Shown piece by piece: positions 24,375 through 34,577 of a stretch of DNA of 37,201 nucleotides (positions within the stretch are counted from its first letter, which is position 1; the number at the start of each line of letters is the position of its first letter). The DNA is from a virus (Duplodnaviria > Caudoviricetes): IMG/VR virus record IMGVR_UViG_3300032253_000227, positions 1 to 37,201 of that record. The stretch is one strand, 5' to 3'. The position numbers were made by a program, and so were the translations under genes. The notes below the pieces were generated by a model. It had not been told where the DNA came from. It did no database searches and was given only the letters and a program-made list of their open reading frames with translations.

Positions 24375-26399
24375 ATGGCACGTAAAAAAGAGGTCAAGTT
24401 TGATATCACCGCCAAGGATAAAACCAAGGCGGCCTTTTCCTCGGCAACATCCAGTTTGAAAAAACTTAAAGGGGTCGCTGGATCATTGAAAGTTCCCGCG
24501 TTAGCCGGTGCCGCGGTGATCGGAGGTCTTGCTCTGTTCGCTAAAAACGCAATTAAGGTTGCGGATACTTTGGCCAAAACAGCTGATCAAATTGGTATTT
24601 CTACTACTGCTTTACAAGAATACAGGTTTGCCTCTGAGCTAGCTGGAGTGGCGGCGGGTGCTCTTGATACGTCGTTTCGCAAATTCACTAGGACTTTGGG
24701 TGAGCTACGTGCAGGTACTGGCGCTGCTGTTACATTTTTGAAAAAATTTAAACCGGAGCTGGTTAATCAGTTTCGGGCCACCAAAGATGCAGATGCAGCG
24801 CTTGAGTTGCTATTTGATAGCCTGAGCAATGTCACTAATCAAAGCGATCGGGCGGCCCTGGCGGCGGCTTTTTTTGGCCGTAAGGGTGCAGAACTTACGT
24901 TGTTGGTTAAAGGCGGATCTGCTGCACTTAAAGAACAACGCCAGCGAGCGCAAGATTTGGGTCTGGTGCTTGAAGAAGACCTGCTCCGAGCGGCTGAACG
25001 GACAAATGATCAACTGACCATCTTGGCCGAAACCATCGGTACAAATGTTAATCGGGCAATTTTGCAACTTACCCCGCAACTGGGGGATCTGGCTGAGCGC
25101 TTTGCTGAAAGTATTCCAACAATTGTTGAATGGGTGGATGAGTTTGGACAATTTCTCGGATTAATCGAAAAGTCCCGGTTTGATCAACTAGCAGAATTAC
25201 GCACTGAGATTGCCAAAACAGAAACCTCTTTGGATGGTTTTTTTACCAAAATGCTGGAATTTGATATCTTTGGCCATGATGGTCCGCTTAAGCAGAAACT
25301 GCAAAAATTGCAAGCAGATCGCAGCGAGCTTGAGGCTGCAATTTTCTACAATGATAAACGTTCGGCAAAAACGTTTGGAGTGACGCCAGTTAAGGGCGGA
25401 TCAGATGATCCGCTGGTTGATAAATCAGCCGCCGAACAAGCAGAGAAACAAGCCAAAAAAGATAAAGCTGCCCGTGCCGCTCGAAAACTTGCCATCGAAG
25501 AAGAGCGGATTCTGACTGCAGCGCTTGTGGTTGAGATGAATGATTGGCTCGCCGCTGAAAATGCCACCATTGAAAAGCGCGAACAGGCTAGTCAACAGAT
25601 CCGCGATCAAAATGCAACCGTCGAGCAAACTTTAAAGTCGATGCGTGAGGAAAACCTCCTCATCAAACTGACCAAGGATGGTCGGACTGACTTGGCGGCG
25701 ACCTTGCGGGCTGAAATGCAATTGCGCGATCAGATTGGCCGCGAATTGTTACCGGCCGAGCGGGCGGAGCTTGAAAAGCTTGTTCTGGAACAAGAAAAAC
25801 TATCAAAAACAATTGATCAGAGTGCCGATAAATGGCGCGAGTTTGGTGAGCTTGGGTCCGATGCAATCCTATCCCTTGAGGGTGGTTTTGACGGTCTTGC
25901 TGATTTTGCATTACGCAATCTCGACACAATTATTGAAAAAATGCTCGAGCTCAATGGCCTCGCCGGCGGCTCTGGTGGTAATTGGTTGGATGGGTTGTTT
26001 AATGCCGGTGCGTCAATTTTTGGTGGGCTTGGCGGGCAAATGTCCGCGGGTAGTTCAAACTTTCTGCCAGTGAATACCGGTGGTTTTCAGTTTCCGCAAT
26101 TTGGCGGCGGCGGCTCTTTTATGGTTGGTGGTCGGGGTGGTACCGACAATAATTTGGTATCGTTTAAAGCAACCGATAATGAGCGGGTAACAATTGAGAC
26201 CCCCGCGCAAGTGCGTAGTCGCTTAAAAAGCGGATCGTCAATAACTAACCAATATATAATTGATGCGCGCGGTGCTGATCAGGCGGGACTTGCTCGGCTT
26301 GAAAAAACCATTTTCCAACTCAATGGTTCAATTGAAAAGCGGGCGATTGCGGCCGTCGCTGACGGGGTTGCCCGCAATCAGATACCAGGATTATCGTAA
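24375..26399 (+). CDS. Tail tape measure protein
   Basis: ITAKDKTKAAF start, LAKTADQIGISTTALQEY, helical Ala-rich body, GGSFMVGG.GGTD tail. Confidence 0.92.
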   Translation: MARKKEVKFDITAKDKTKAAFSSATSSLKKLKGVAGSLKVPALAGAAVIGGLALFAKNAIKVADTLAKTADQIGISTTALQEYRFASELAGVAAGALDTSFRKFTRTLGELRAGTGAAVTFLKKFKPELVNQFRATKDADAALELLFDSLSNVTNQSDRAALAAAFFGRKGAELTLLVKGGSAALKEQRQRAQDLGLVLEEDLLRAAERTNDQLTILAETIGTNVNRAILQLTPQLGDLAERFAESIPTIVEWVDEFGQFLGLIEKSRFDQLAELRTEIAKTETSLDGFFTKMLEFDIFGHDGPLKQKLQKLQADRSELEAAIFYNDKRSAKTFGVTPVKGGSDDPLVDKSAAEQAEKQAKKDKAARAARKLAIEEERILTAALVVEMNDWLAAENATIEKREQASQQIRDQNATVEQTLKSMREENLLIKLTKDGRTDLAATLRAEMQLRDQIGRELLPAERAELEKLVLEQEKLSKTIDQSADKWREFGELGSDAILSLEGGFDGLADFALRNLDTIIEKMLELNGLAGGSGGNWLDGLFNAGASIFGGLGGQMSAGSSNFLPVNTGGFQFPQFGGGGSFMVGGRGGTDNNLVSFKATDNERVTIETPAQVRSRLKSGSSITNQYIIDARGADQAGLARLEKTIFQLNGSIEKRAIAAVADGVARNQIPGLS

Positions 26400-27022
26400 T
26401 GCCAATTATTTATCCTCTCGACTTTCCAGATCAACAAGGCACCGCTGGCCTCGTCATGCGGCCGATGGCGGCGGTGGCATCCAGTATGAGCCCGTTTACA
26501 TTGCAAAAAGAGGTGCAGGTGCATCAGGGCCAAAAATGGAATTTACTTGTCTCGCTCCCATTGATGAGTCGTGCAGAGGCTGAGCCTTGGATTACGTTTT
26601 TTCTGAAACTGAATAGCATGCAAGGAACATTTTTGATGAGCCCCTCGGATGCAATGACCCCGCAGGGGGTTGCATCTGGAACACCTGTTGTTGCGGGTGG
26701 CGGTCAGACGGGTCAAATCTTGCAAACAAGCGGTTGGTCGGTATCCACGGTAAATGTATTGAAAGCTGGTGATTATCTGTCGATTGGATCTGGGGAGGCA
26801 ACCCGGCTCTATAAAAACCTGAATGACGTGACAAGTGATGCCGTTGGGCTTGCCACTTTGGATATCTGGCCACGATTGCGTGAAAGTCCGGTGGATTTGG
26901 CACCGATTACAACGACTGAGCCAAAAGGGACGTTCCGGCTGGCCAGTAACGAGATGCCATTTTCTGTTGATGCCCTGCTCAAATATACCGGTATGGATTT
27001 TAATGTTGAGGAGGCAATCTAG
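26399..27022 (+). CDS. Distal tail (Dit-like) protein
   Basis: Follows the tape measure gene; SPFT..., LKAGDYLSIG, IWPRLR. Confidence 0.7.
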   Translation: MPIIYPLDFPDQQGTAGLVMRPMAAVASSMSPFTLQKEVQVHQGQKWNLLVSLPLMSRAEAEPWITFFLKLNSMQGTFLMSPSDAMTPQGVASGTPVVAGGGQTGQILQTSGWSVSTVNVLKAGDYLSIGSGEATRLYKNLNDVTSDAVGLATLDIWPRLRESPVDLAPITTTEPKGTFRLASNEMPFSVDALLKYTGMDFNVEEAI

Positions 27023-27576
27023 TGCCGAAGAGTATTACTACAGAAATGACAGATGAGCTGGTCAAGTCGGTTAAAGCTCCGATCATGTTGATGCAAGGTG
27101 AGTTTGATGACGGGCCGTTACGGCTTTGGACCGGGACGGGTATCCTTGATTGGAACGGCTATACCTGGTTGGGAGGCGGTGATCTGTTGCATGTATCGGA
27201 TCTTCCGGATAGTGCCACGCTTGAAGCGCATAAAATGACGTTGCAGCTGCGCGGCGTCGTGCTGGAAAATATTGCTTTGGCATTAGACCAGGTAACTCAA
27301 GGATCGCCCGTTTATATCTGGCTTGGATTCCTCGACAATAATAACACTGTGATCCCCGATCCGTTTTTAGCATTTACGGGTGCAATGGATGTTCCAGAAA
27401 TCGCTGAAGATGGCGCCACGGTTGATATCGGTATTACGGTGGAGGGACGGGTATCGAGGCTTCTTCGAAAAAAAGAACGGCGGCGCACCCATGAAGATCA
27501 GCAAATTGATTATCCTGGTGATTTGGGCTTGGAGTATGTGGCTGGTTTACAAGATATGCAGGTGATTTGGAAATGA
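27022..27576 (+). CDS. Tail tip hub protein (gpL/DUF2163-like)
   Basis: LRLWTG.G.L.W.G.TW.G.G...DQQIDYPGDLGLEYV. Confidence 0.75.
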   Translation: MPKSITTEMTDELVKSVKAPIMLMQGEFDDGPLRLWTGTGILDWNGYTWLGGGDLLHVSDLPDSATLEAHKMTLQLRGVVLENIALALDQVTQGSPVYIWLGFLDNNNTVIPDPFLAFTGAMDVPEIAEDGATVDIGITVEGRVSRLLRKKERRRTHEDQQIDYPGDLGLEYVAGLQDMQVIWK

Positions 27577-28010
27577 GAAAAGAGCATTGGGAACGATCCT
27601 TTTTTGACTATTTATTGGCCGCGGAAACGCGGCCTTTTTTGTGGGGTCAGTTCGATTGTTGTTTGTTTGTCGCGGGTGCTGCTCAGTCAGTGACCGGGAT
27701 CGATGTCACGCAAGATTTTCCCCCATTTTATTCCGATGAAGAAGGTGCTCGAGAATATCTGGCAAAGATGGGCGGGCTTCCTGACTTGTTTGATGCGGCT
27801 TTTTTGCCGTTAGGAGCCGCCCGGATTTCGCCACTTTATGCCAAACGTGGGGATATCATGTTGTTGGAACTGCCAAGCGGTGAAGGGTTTGAGATGATGG
27901 GTGCTGTTGTTATGGGTCGTGATGTCACTTTTTTGACAGATCAAGGAATGCGCTCAGTGTCTCTGCCTGTCGCGGCTGGCCTTTCCGCGCAAGCTTGGAG
28001 CTTTAAATAA
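27573..28010 (+). CDS. Tail tip assembly NlpC/P60-like protein (gpK/DUF6950-like)
   Basis: PFLWGQFDCCLF, AKRGDI; ATGA-coupled. Confidence 0.8.
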   Translation: MRKEHWERSFFDYLLAAETRPFLWGQFDCCLFVAGAAQSVTGIDVTQDFPPFYSDEEGAREYLAKMGGLPDLFDAAFLPLGAARISPLYAKRGDIMLLELPSGEGFEMMGAVVMGRDVTFLTDQGMRSVSLPVAAGLSAQAWSFK

Positions 28011-30844
28011 TGGCGGCGGCCACCGCGGCTGCAGTTGTTTCCTGGATAGGATTCACAGGAACTGCGGCCACAATTGCAACATATGCATTAACTGTTGCTT
28101 TTACGCTCGCCGCCTCGTTTGCAACCAGTGCGCTGATGTCAAAAAAAGGTTTCGGCGCGTCTTACTCGCAAAAAGACAATATGGTTACGGTTCGTCAGCC
28201 GGCAGTTTCTTGGGAATATATGTATGGCCGTGTTCGAAAGGGCGGGTCTTATGCTTTTATTCATTCAACCGATAATCACAACTATCTGCATCTTGTTATC
28301 ATCGTCGCCGATCGGGAAATCTCGTCAATTGATGAGATTTATTTTGGGGATCAACTCGTCACTTTAGATGTTGATGGAAATGCTACGGGCACAAACCCAT
28401 CTGGTGATAACTATCAGGGATACGTACGGGTTATTAAGCGTTTAGGAACGGCTAATCAAACCGCTTTTGCTGAACTAATTGCCGATGCGCCGGATAAGTG
28501 GACGTCAGCCCATCGCCTGCGCGGTAAGGCCTGTGTTTACGTTCGTCTGAAATATGAAGCTAGTCGGTTTGCTGGCGGCATCCCTAATATTACAATCATT
28601 GGAGATGGGCATAAGCTTTATGATCCACGTGATGCCTTGCAGGTTGCTAATGACCCTTCAACTTGGACTTTTGATGACAATGCAGATTTGTGTTTGGCCG
28701 ATTACCTTCGAGATAAAAAGATCGGCTTGTCGGCACTTGAGAGCGAGATCCCGCTCGCTGAATGGATTGCGGCGGCCAATGCCTGCGATGAGGCTGTGCC
28801 ATTAAGCGCCGGCGGCACTGAAAAGCGGTATACTTGCAACGGTATTGTTGACAGCGCAAATACCCACAAGACGATCGTTGAAGGCCTGCTTACTGCCATG
28901 AACGGTAAAGTAGTGACAACAGGTACAAGTTGGAAGATCTACCCTGCAGTTTGGCGCGTGCCTGAAAAATCGCTTGATGAAGGTGATCTTCGAAGTGGTA
29001 TCAACACTAAAACTCGCCGTCCACGCAAGGATCTGATTAATGGTGTGCGAGGATTATATACATCCCCAGCTAATGATTATCAGCCCGCGGATTTCCCTGC
29101 TGTAATTTCGGATGCTTTCGTTGCCCTTGATGGCGAGGAAAATTTTCTCGATCTTTCATTACCTTATACAAATTCGGCATCGATGGCGCAGCGGATCGCC
29201 AAAATCCAACTTTTGCAGTCACGTCAGCAAATTACGACTAATTGGCCGTGTAAATTGACTGCTTGGTCTATTGAAGCACCTGATGTGGTGGCCCTCAACC
29301 GAACAACATTGGGCTGGTCAAATAAAAATTTCGAGGTAATGCGAGCCCCGACTGTAGTTGAAAACGGCCTTTTGGGCTGTGACTTAGTGATGTCGGAAAC
29401 GGACCCTTCAATCTATGACTGGTCCACAAATGAAGAAACAACGGTTGATCCAGCGCCTGATACCACGCTGCCAAACCCGTCGTATCAAGAAGATCCTGCG
29501 GCCATTACTGCGGCGTCGGGTTCGGAATTGTTAAAGGTAGACAGCGCAGGTCAACTTGTTAGTCAAATTAAAGTAACCGTATCTCCGCCGCTTGGTGCTT
29601 TTGTTAAAGAATATCAAATTGAGTGGAAAATAGTTACGGAATCCATTTGGAATGAAATGATTGTTCCGGGCTCGCCAGACAGGCCGACCCAAGTTAGTAT
29701 TTCGCCAGTTGTCGATGCAAAAACTTATAACATACGCGTGCGTGCGCGTAGCCGGTACGGGGCTTTGAGTAATTATATTGATGCAACGCCGCATCTGGTT
29801 GAAGGCAAGGCCACGGCGCCGGGCGATGTTGATCAGTTTACAATATCTGTTCAGCCCGACGGGACCCGCGAATTTAACGTTGTGCATTTGCAACCGGATG
29901 CGGACGTCCGGGTAGGCGGTGGGTATCATATCCTTTATGCCTCTGGTCCAACAATTGACCTGACCACCGCCGATAGCTTGAACACTGGTAAAATTACAAG
30001 CTGGCCGTGGGAAACAAATATGTTGCCCGCAGGCGAATACACATTCGCTTGCAGGGTAATGGATAGTTCAAACAATACGTCCCAAAATCCGAAAATTATA
30101 ACAGCAACTTTGCCAGATCCGCGCATGCGCAATGCAGTTGCCGCCTGGGACGAACGATCCCTTGGCTGGGCGGGTGTTAAAACAGATTGCTTTGTGAATT
30201 ATGAAAATGAACTTGAGGCATCCGGTGCTCAATCTTGGGATGATTTGGGCGCAACATGGGACGTTTTGGGTAACGGTTGGTCAGGAATTATAACGTCAAA
30301 ATCGCCGATAAAATACGAGACAGAAGTATATGACCTTGGTACAGATATTAGTGTCACTCCATTGGTGGCCGTCGGTGCCGTTGGAACGGTGACGATCAAG
30401 ATGCGGACGGCTATCGATGTCGCTGGGGGAGACCTGTCAGCACTTGCCTATGTCGCGACCGCGCAAGTCGCCTGCCGTTATATCCAGTTTGAAATCACGG
30501 TCAGCGGGACCACGCCTGTGATTAAAACCCTGACGCCGGTTCTTGATGGTGAAACTTTGATAGATGATCAAGGTGATATCAATACGGCGCTGACAAGTTC
30601 CGGCACCTTCGAGAAAATTGCAACCGGCCATTTCAAAATCGGTGTATCCCGATCAATTGCCAGCATCACGTTTGCAAATATTGCCGCCAAGCAAAATGTT
30701 GGGTCAGGTTGGTCGGACGAACTTATCAGCAAATCAGCAACATTGCTTGACGGCACACCCGCCGCAGAATTCAAACTTTATAACAGTGCCGGCGCTTTGG
30801 CTGACGCGATTATCGATGTGACATTGAAAGGGCCAAAAGCATGA
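28010..30844 (+). CDS. Central tail fibre / host specificity protein (gpJ-like, FN3 domains)
   Basis: YGRVRKGG, HRLRGKACVY, EKRYTCNG, AQRIAKI, YNIRVRA. Confidence 0.9.
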   Translation: MAAATAAAVVSWIGFTGTAATIATYALTVAFTLAASFATSALMSKKGFGASYSQKDNMVTVRQPAVSWEYMYGRVRKGGSYAFIHSTDNHNYLHLVIIVADREISSIDEIYFGDQLVTLDVDGNATGTNPSGDNYQGYVRVIKRLGTANQTAFAELIADAPDKWTSAHRLRGKACVYVRLKYEASRFAGGIPNITIIGDGHKLYDPRDALQVANDPSTWTFDDNADLCLADYLRDKKIGLSALESEIPLAEWIAAANACDEAVPLSAGGTEKRYTCNGIVDSANTHKTIVEGLLTAMNGKVVTTGTSWKIYPAVWRVPEKSLDEGDLRSGINTKTRRPRKDLINGVRGLYTSPANDYQPADFPAVISDAFVALDGEENFLDLSLPYTNSASMAQRIAKIQLLQSRQQITTNWPCKLTAWSIEAPDVVALNRTTLGWSNKNFEVMRAPTVVENGLLGCDLVMSETDPSIYDWSTNEETTVDPAPDTTLPNPSYQEDPAAITAASGSELLKVDSAGQLVSQIKVTVSPPLGAFVKEYQIEWKIVTESIWNEMIVPGSPDRPTQVSISPVVDAKTYNIRVRARSRYGALSNYIDATPHLVEGKATAPGDVDQFTISVQPDGTREFNVVHLQPDADVRVGGGYHILYASGPTIDLTTADSLNTGKITSWPWETNMLPAGEYTFACRVMDSSNNTSQNPKIITATLPDPRMRNAVAAWDERSLGWAGVKTDCFVNYENELEASGAQSWDDLGATWDVLGNGWSGIITSKSPIKYETEVYDLGTDISVTPLVAVGAVGTVTIKMRTAIDVAGGDLSALAYVATAQVACRYIQFEITVSGTTPVIKTLTPVLDGETLIDDQGDINTALTSSGTFEKIATGHFKIGVSRSIASITFANIAAKQNVGSGWSDELISKSATLLDGTPAAEFKLYNSAGALADAIIDVTLKGPKA

Positions 30845-32016
30845 CCGCATTACCGGCTAATTTTGTAAAAACAAATCTGGATCAGGGAACAGATGATCCA
30901 AAGGCGGCGCGATTGGATCTTGTGGGGAATGTAGACAAGTCCAATGCTATACTTTCGTATTTATCCGGATTGCTGGGCGGGGGCGGCACGTCCGCTGAGG
31001 CAAAGGGCCTGCTTGGATACTTGACGACCAAGGCAGATGTTGAAACGGTCCTAACGGGCCTAATCTCAAGCCACGCACATCCGGATGTTCCTGCTATTGA
31101 TAACATTGCGCGGCAAAATATCGCTAATCTGTTCATGTCAAACGCGGTACTGACGGCGAATACAACAACCGAATTGGTCAACGGGGTGTCCGTTGATGCG
31201 TCGGACCTTACTGTGACTAGTGGCGGTTATGTGACCGGTTTGGGAACGGTTGAAAGTGATCCGCCGGTGGATAGCGGCGTCGATGCTGTCCCAACCATGG
31301 CGGGTTATACAAATGGCGCGGTTACGATAAGCACAAATTCTGAATTTTCAGGGTCGTATCTCGCTTGGCATGCTTTTGATGATGTCGCGGGCCCTTGGAT
31401 CGGGGCTAATCCTTTTGTGGCGGGGGAGTACCTGACTGTTGATTTTGGAAGCGCAACCTATATTCCACGGTGGCGGATGCAAGGATATGGCGACCCGTCG
31501 TTTTGCCCCAGAGATTTCAGTTTACAGGGGTCCGATAACGGAGTGGATTGGACAACAATCCAATCTCTGACAGGTATTACTTGGGTTTCCGGTGAGTGGA
31601 AAGAATGGACGATTGGAAAAACCTATCGTTATTTCCGGCTGCGGACCACGGCGGTAAATGGCGCGGCCTATTCCACTGTCGTTGAGATGGAGCTTATTGG
31701 AGCAAACAAAACACCTGGAGATATTCTTGTGGAGACCGCCTCCTTTACGGCATTAGCTGCCCCAACGAGTGCGCAAATTCTAGTATCCGCCAAGGGTGCC
31801 ACATCGGTTGACATGATATTCAATCTGTCAACCGATGGCGGCACAACTTATACCACCGGGTCAAATATAACTGAAATCTCCTCGGTCGGCGGGATTGATC
31901 TTTGGTCGGCTGATATTGATCTGACAGGCAATGCCGGGACAAATATAAAAGCCAAATTTGAAACAGTTAATTTTGCAGACGTTGATCTGCATGCATTGTC
32001 AGTGTTGTGGAGTTAA
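30841..32016 (+). CDS. Tail fibre / receptor-binding protein with discoidin (F5/8 type C) domain
   Basis: AWHAFD...W...YLTVDFG...PRDFSLQGSDNG.DWT...YRYFRL...EMEL; HAH fibre motif. Confidence 0.82.
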   Translation: MTALPANFVKTNLDQGTDDPKAARLDLVGNVDKSNAILSYLSGLLGGGGTSAEAKGLLGYLTTKADVETVLTGLISSHAHPDVPAIDNIARQNIANLFMSNAVLTANTTTELVNGVSVDASDLTVTSGGYVTGLGTVESDPPVDSGVDAVPTMAGYTNGAVTISTNSEFSGSYLAWHAFDDVAGPWIGANPFVAGEYLTVDFGSATYIPRWRMQGYGDPSFCPRDFSLQGSDNGVDWTTIQSLTGITWVSGEWKEWTIGKTYRYFRLRTTAVNGAAYSTVVEMELIGANKTPGDILVETASFTALAAPTSAQILVSAKGATSVDMIFNLSTDGGTTYTTGSNITEISSVGGIDLWSADIDLTGNAGTNIKAKFETVNFADVDLHALSVLWS

Positions 32017-32018
32017 AA

Positions 32019-32384
32019 ATGAAAATTTACGGAAATGTAAAACGGCTGGACCCGACCACCGCCGAAACCGTGACATGGAACCGCAAAGCGGCCCAGCGAT
32101 TGCGGGCTGAAACCATTAACTCTGTCATAACAGTGCTTGGCGTCGGTTGGCAGATCGATGAGAAAGCCCGCGAGAATATCCGCGTATCAATTGACTACGC
32201 GGTCCGGAATGGTCTTGAAGCCGAGACCCGTGGCTGGATATTGGCTGATAATTCAATCCGTGTCAGCACCATTACCGATCTGCGGGCTGTCATGGACGCA
32301 TACACACTACGAATGGACAGCATCTTTGGGCAATACGCGACTTGGGCATCTGGTGACATGATAGCGCCATTTGTGGTGGTCTGA
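32019..32384 (+). CDS. Tail fibre assembly chaperone (DUF4376-like)
   Basis: WQIDEKARENI...WILADNS; follows the fibre gene. Confidence 0.7.
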   Translation: MKIYGNVKRLDPTTAETVTWNRKAAQRLRAETINSVITVLGVGWQIDEKARENIRVSIDYAVRNGLEAETRGWILADNSIRVSTITDLRAVMDAYTLRMDSIFGQYATWASGDMIAPFVVV

Positions 32385-32450
32385 CGCGTATCGGCAAACA
32401 GCCTTCTGAAAATATTTTTTTCATGTTTTTTTTGTGTGGAAACCTATCTT

Positions 32451-32705
32451 ATGGAACTTCAAGAACTTATTAGTTTGGGTATATCTGCGCCGGTTGCTGC
32501 CGCTCTTTACTGGCTGCATACTCGAGTAACAAATGCCGAGTCCAAAGCCGCGAAAGCGGCGGCTGATCTTGTCCAGTATAAACTTGATGCTGCTGATAAA
32601 TATGCATCCATTGGATACCTTAAGGATGTGGAAGAGCGTCTGGTTCGGGTATTAGAGCGAATTGAAGATCGCCTAAACAAGCTTGGAAAGTCGGGAATAC
32701 AATGA
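32451..32705 (+). CDS. Holin-like membrane protein
   Basis: N-terminal hydrophobic segment plus coiled coil (LERIEDRLNKL); ATGA-coupled to the endolysin. Confidence 0.55.
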   Translation: MELQELISLGISAPVAAALYWLHTRVTNAESKAAKAAADLVQYKLDAADKYASIGYLKDVEERLVRVLERIEDRLNKLGKSGIQ

Positions 32706-33169
32706 GCCCGCCATTTCCCAAGTTTCGTGAACTAATTATCCGGCCTGTGCTTGAAGAGTTGGAGATGTGGAGCCCGGCTGCAGAAAATTTGGTCTTTGGC
32801 ACGGCATTAACTGAAAGCGGTCTTGGATATTTAAAGCAAACCGGTAAAGGGCCGGCCCTTGGTCTTTGGCAGATGGAGCCAGCCACTGTGAGAGATATTA
32901 GTCGGTATTTAGCGCGCCGGCTGGATTTACGCGATCGGCTGCGGCCATATTGTATCGACTGGCCGTTTGATCCAGACGAATTGCCTGGCAATTTGTATCT
33001 GTCGTGTGCTCTGTGCCGGATTCATTACTGGCGGGTGCCCGATGCCCTGCCTCGGGCGGATGATTTGGCGGGCTTGGGTCGCTACTGGAAACAATATTAC
33101 AACACAATAAATGGTGCCGGCACCGTTAATGATTTTCTGTTACGGGCCGGCCGGATACTGGAGGATTAG
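32702..33169 (+). CDS. Endolysin (lysozyme-like fold)
   Basis: GTALTESG...GPALGLWQMEPAT...YWKQYYNT. Confidence 0.8.
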   Translation: MSPPFPKFRELIIRPVLEELEMWSPAAENLVFGTALTESGLGYLKQTGKGPALGLWQMEPATVRDISRYLARRLDLRDRLRPYCIDWPFDPDELPGNLYLSCALCRIHYWRVPDALPRADDLAGLGRYWKQYYNTINGAGTVNDFLLRAGRILED

Positions 33170-33173
33170 TTTA

Positions 33174-33545
33174 ATGAAAAAGATGTTTGCACTGGTCGCC
33201 ATTTTGGCGGCTTTTTTTGTGTCTGGCTGCTCAGTTGCATTACAAGACGCGGTTCAAGTTAAAGAGTTTGCCAAGGCTGAATTCGCAGGCAGGGCTGATG
33301 ATCTCAAATTCTGGTATGATAGGGATCGTGAGCTCACAAACTCGATCACTAGTGCTTTGATTATTCAGGGGCAAGCCAAAATCACGAATGGCGATATTGA
33401 CGGCGGTCTGGAATTATTCGAAAAGGCGCGGGCCGTTCACGAATTGGCAAAGCCGAAATTCCTGCTTCAAAAGTTTTTGGCCCGTGAGAAGTCTAGCGAG
33501 CCCCGTCACGAAATGGATGCAGAGGAAAGGGGTGCAAATGAGTAA
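33174..33545 (+). CDS. Lipoprotein, candidate spanin-like lysis accessory
   Basis: MKKMFALVAILAAFFVSG-C lipobox; directly after the endolysin. Confidence 0.7.
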   Translation: MKKMFALVAILAAFFVSGCSVALQDAVQVKEFAKAEFAGRADDLKFWYDRDRELTNSITSALIIQGQAKITNGDIDGGLELFEKARAVHELAKPKFLLQKFLAREKSSEPRHEMDAEERGANE

Positions 33546-34254
33546 CCCTGTTTTGATGGTCCATGGCTTCGATCATGACCCTGAAGATCCGGCTAATTCC
33601 CCATTTTCAAGAACCGGCGCTTTTACAATATGGGCACAACAACTATGTGATGTGAATAAGCTCCCATTTCCTTGGTATTCCGGTCGAGCGTTTAAAGACA
33701 TTTTCAAGGCGTGGTGGGCGGGTCACTTGACAACATACGCCTGGTCATACCAAGATTTGTCAGTACGCGCGGCTGAAGAAATTGCCGGGTCAACCGGGTA
33801 TCATGGTGTTGATGTCGTTTGCCATAGCTTGGGTAGTCGTGTGATCTTGCAGGCCTTGACGCTTCAACCAGAAATGTTCCGCCGGGTTATATTTCTGAAT
33901 GGTGCAGAAACGGTTCAATCGGCTTTGCCTATTATAAAAAACAACCCTGGCACCCAGTTCCTCAATATTTGTGTCCAAGCGGATGACGTGCTGAGTAAAC
34001 TAGCTGCTAGGTTTGAGCCTGAATGGGGCAAGCATCAAGTCATCGGATTTAGGGGTTTTGGATTACAGTCTGGGCTAAAAAATCTTATTCAGGTCCAACT
34101 TGATAATCCGGATACCCAACAATTATTTCGCAGTTTATATGGTTGGGATCTGCGGGGGGATAATCCTGATAGAATGTCAGATCATCTATATTCGTATCTG
34201 TATTCAGGAAACTGGGATCTATACCGTCATTTCCTGAATACAGGTAAGGTCTAG
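33538..34254 (+). CDS. Alpha/beta hydrolase (lipase/esterase-like)
   Basis: VLMVHGF oxyanion motif, CHSLG nucleophile elbow, DDVL, C-terminal DH. Confidence 0.88.
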   Translation: MSNPVLMVHGFDHDPEDPANSPFSRTGAFTIWAQQLCDVNKLPFPWYSGRAFKDIFKAWWAGHLTTYAWSYQDLSVRAAEEIAGSTGYHGVDVVCHSLGSRVILQALTLQPEMFRRVIFLNGAETVQSALPIIKNNPGTQFLNICVQADDVLSKLAARFEPEWGKHQVIGFRGFGLQSGLKNLIQVQLDNPDTQQLFRSLYGWDLRGDNPDRMSDHLYSYLYSGNWDLYRHFLNTGKV

Positions 34255-34357
34255 GCGCGGCGCTTCAATTCGTAGCATGGCGGTTTAACCCTCTATCTGG
34301 TATTCACGTTCCGCATGACGGTCAGCCTGTTTGATGATCGTGTCTGAATGAACTCGA

Positions 34358-34573
34358 TCATCGCGATAGCCGCTTTATTAATTCGGGCCATACCTGTTGT
34401 CTTTCCTCACATATTTCCAGAAGTTCCTTTTGAACACTCTCAGGAACGGCGTTATCTCCAGACACCCATCGGCGGATGGTCCGGCTGTTCACTCCGAGCT
34501 CATCCGCCATGGCGGTCTGCCATCGCGCTCCAAAAAGGCTTTCGCCGACCAGACAAAAAAGATCCGGATCCAT
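34358..34573 (-). CDS. Small HTH protein (Aca-like regulator)
   Basis: WQTAMADELGVNSRTIRRWVSG...VP; GAGGAG/GAGG RBS before ATG 34573. Confidence 0.8.
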   Translation of the reverse strand: MDPDLFCLVGESLFGARWQTAMADELGVNSRTIRRWVSGDNAVPESVQKELLEICEERQQVWPELIKRLSR

Positions 34574-34577
34574 GCCT

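Noticed and set aside
11068-32016. Diversity-generating retroelement or invertible fibre cassette
   Set aside because: No reverse transcriptase, invertase or template/variable repeat pair seen
34293-34391. 32-aa minus-strand ORF overlapping the HTH gene end
   Set aside because: No convincing RBS or motif
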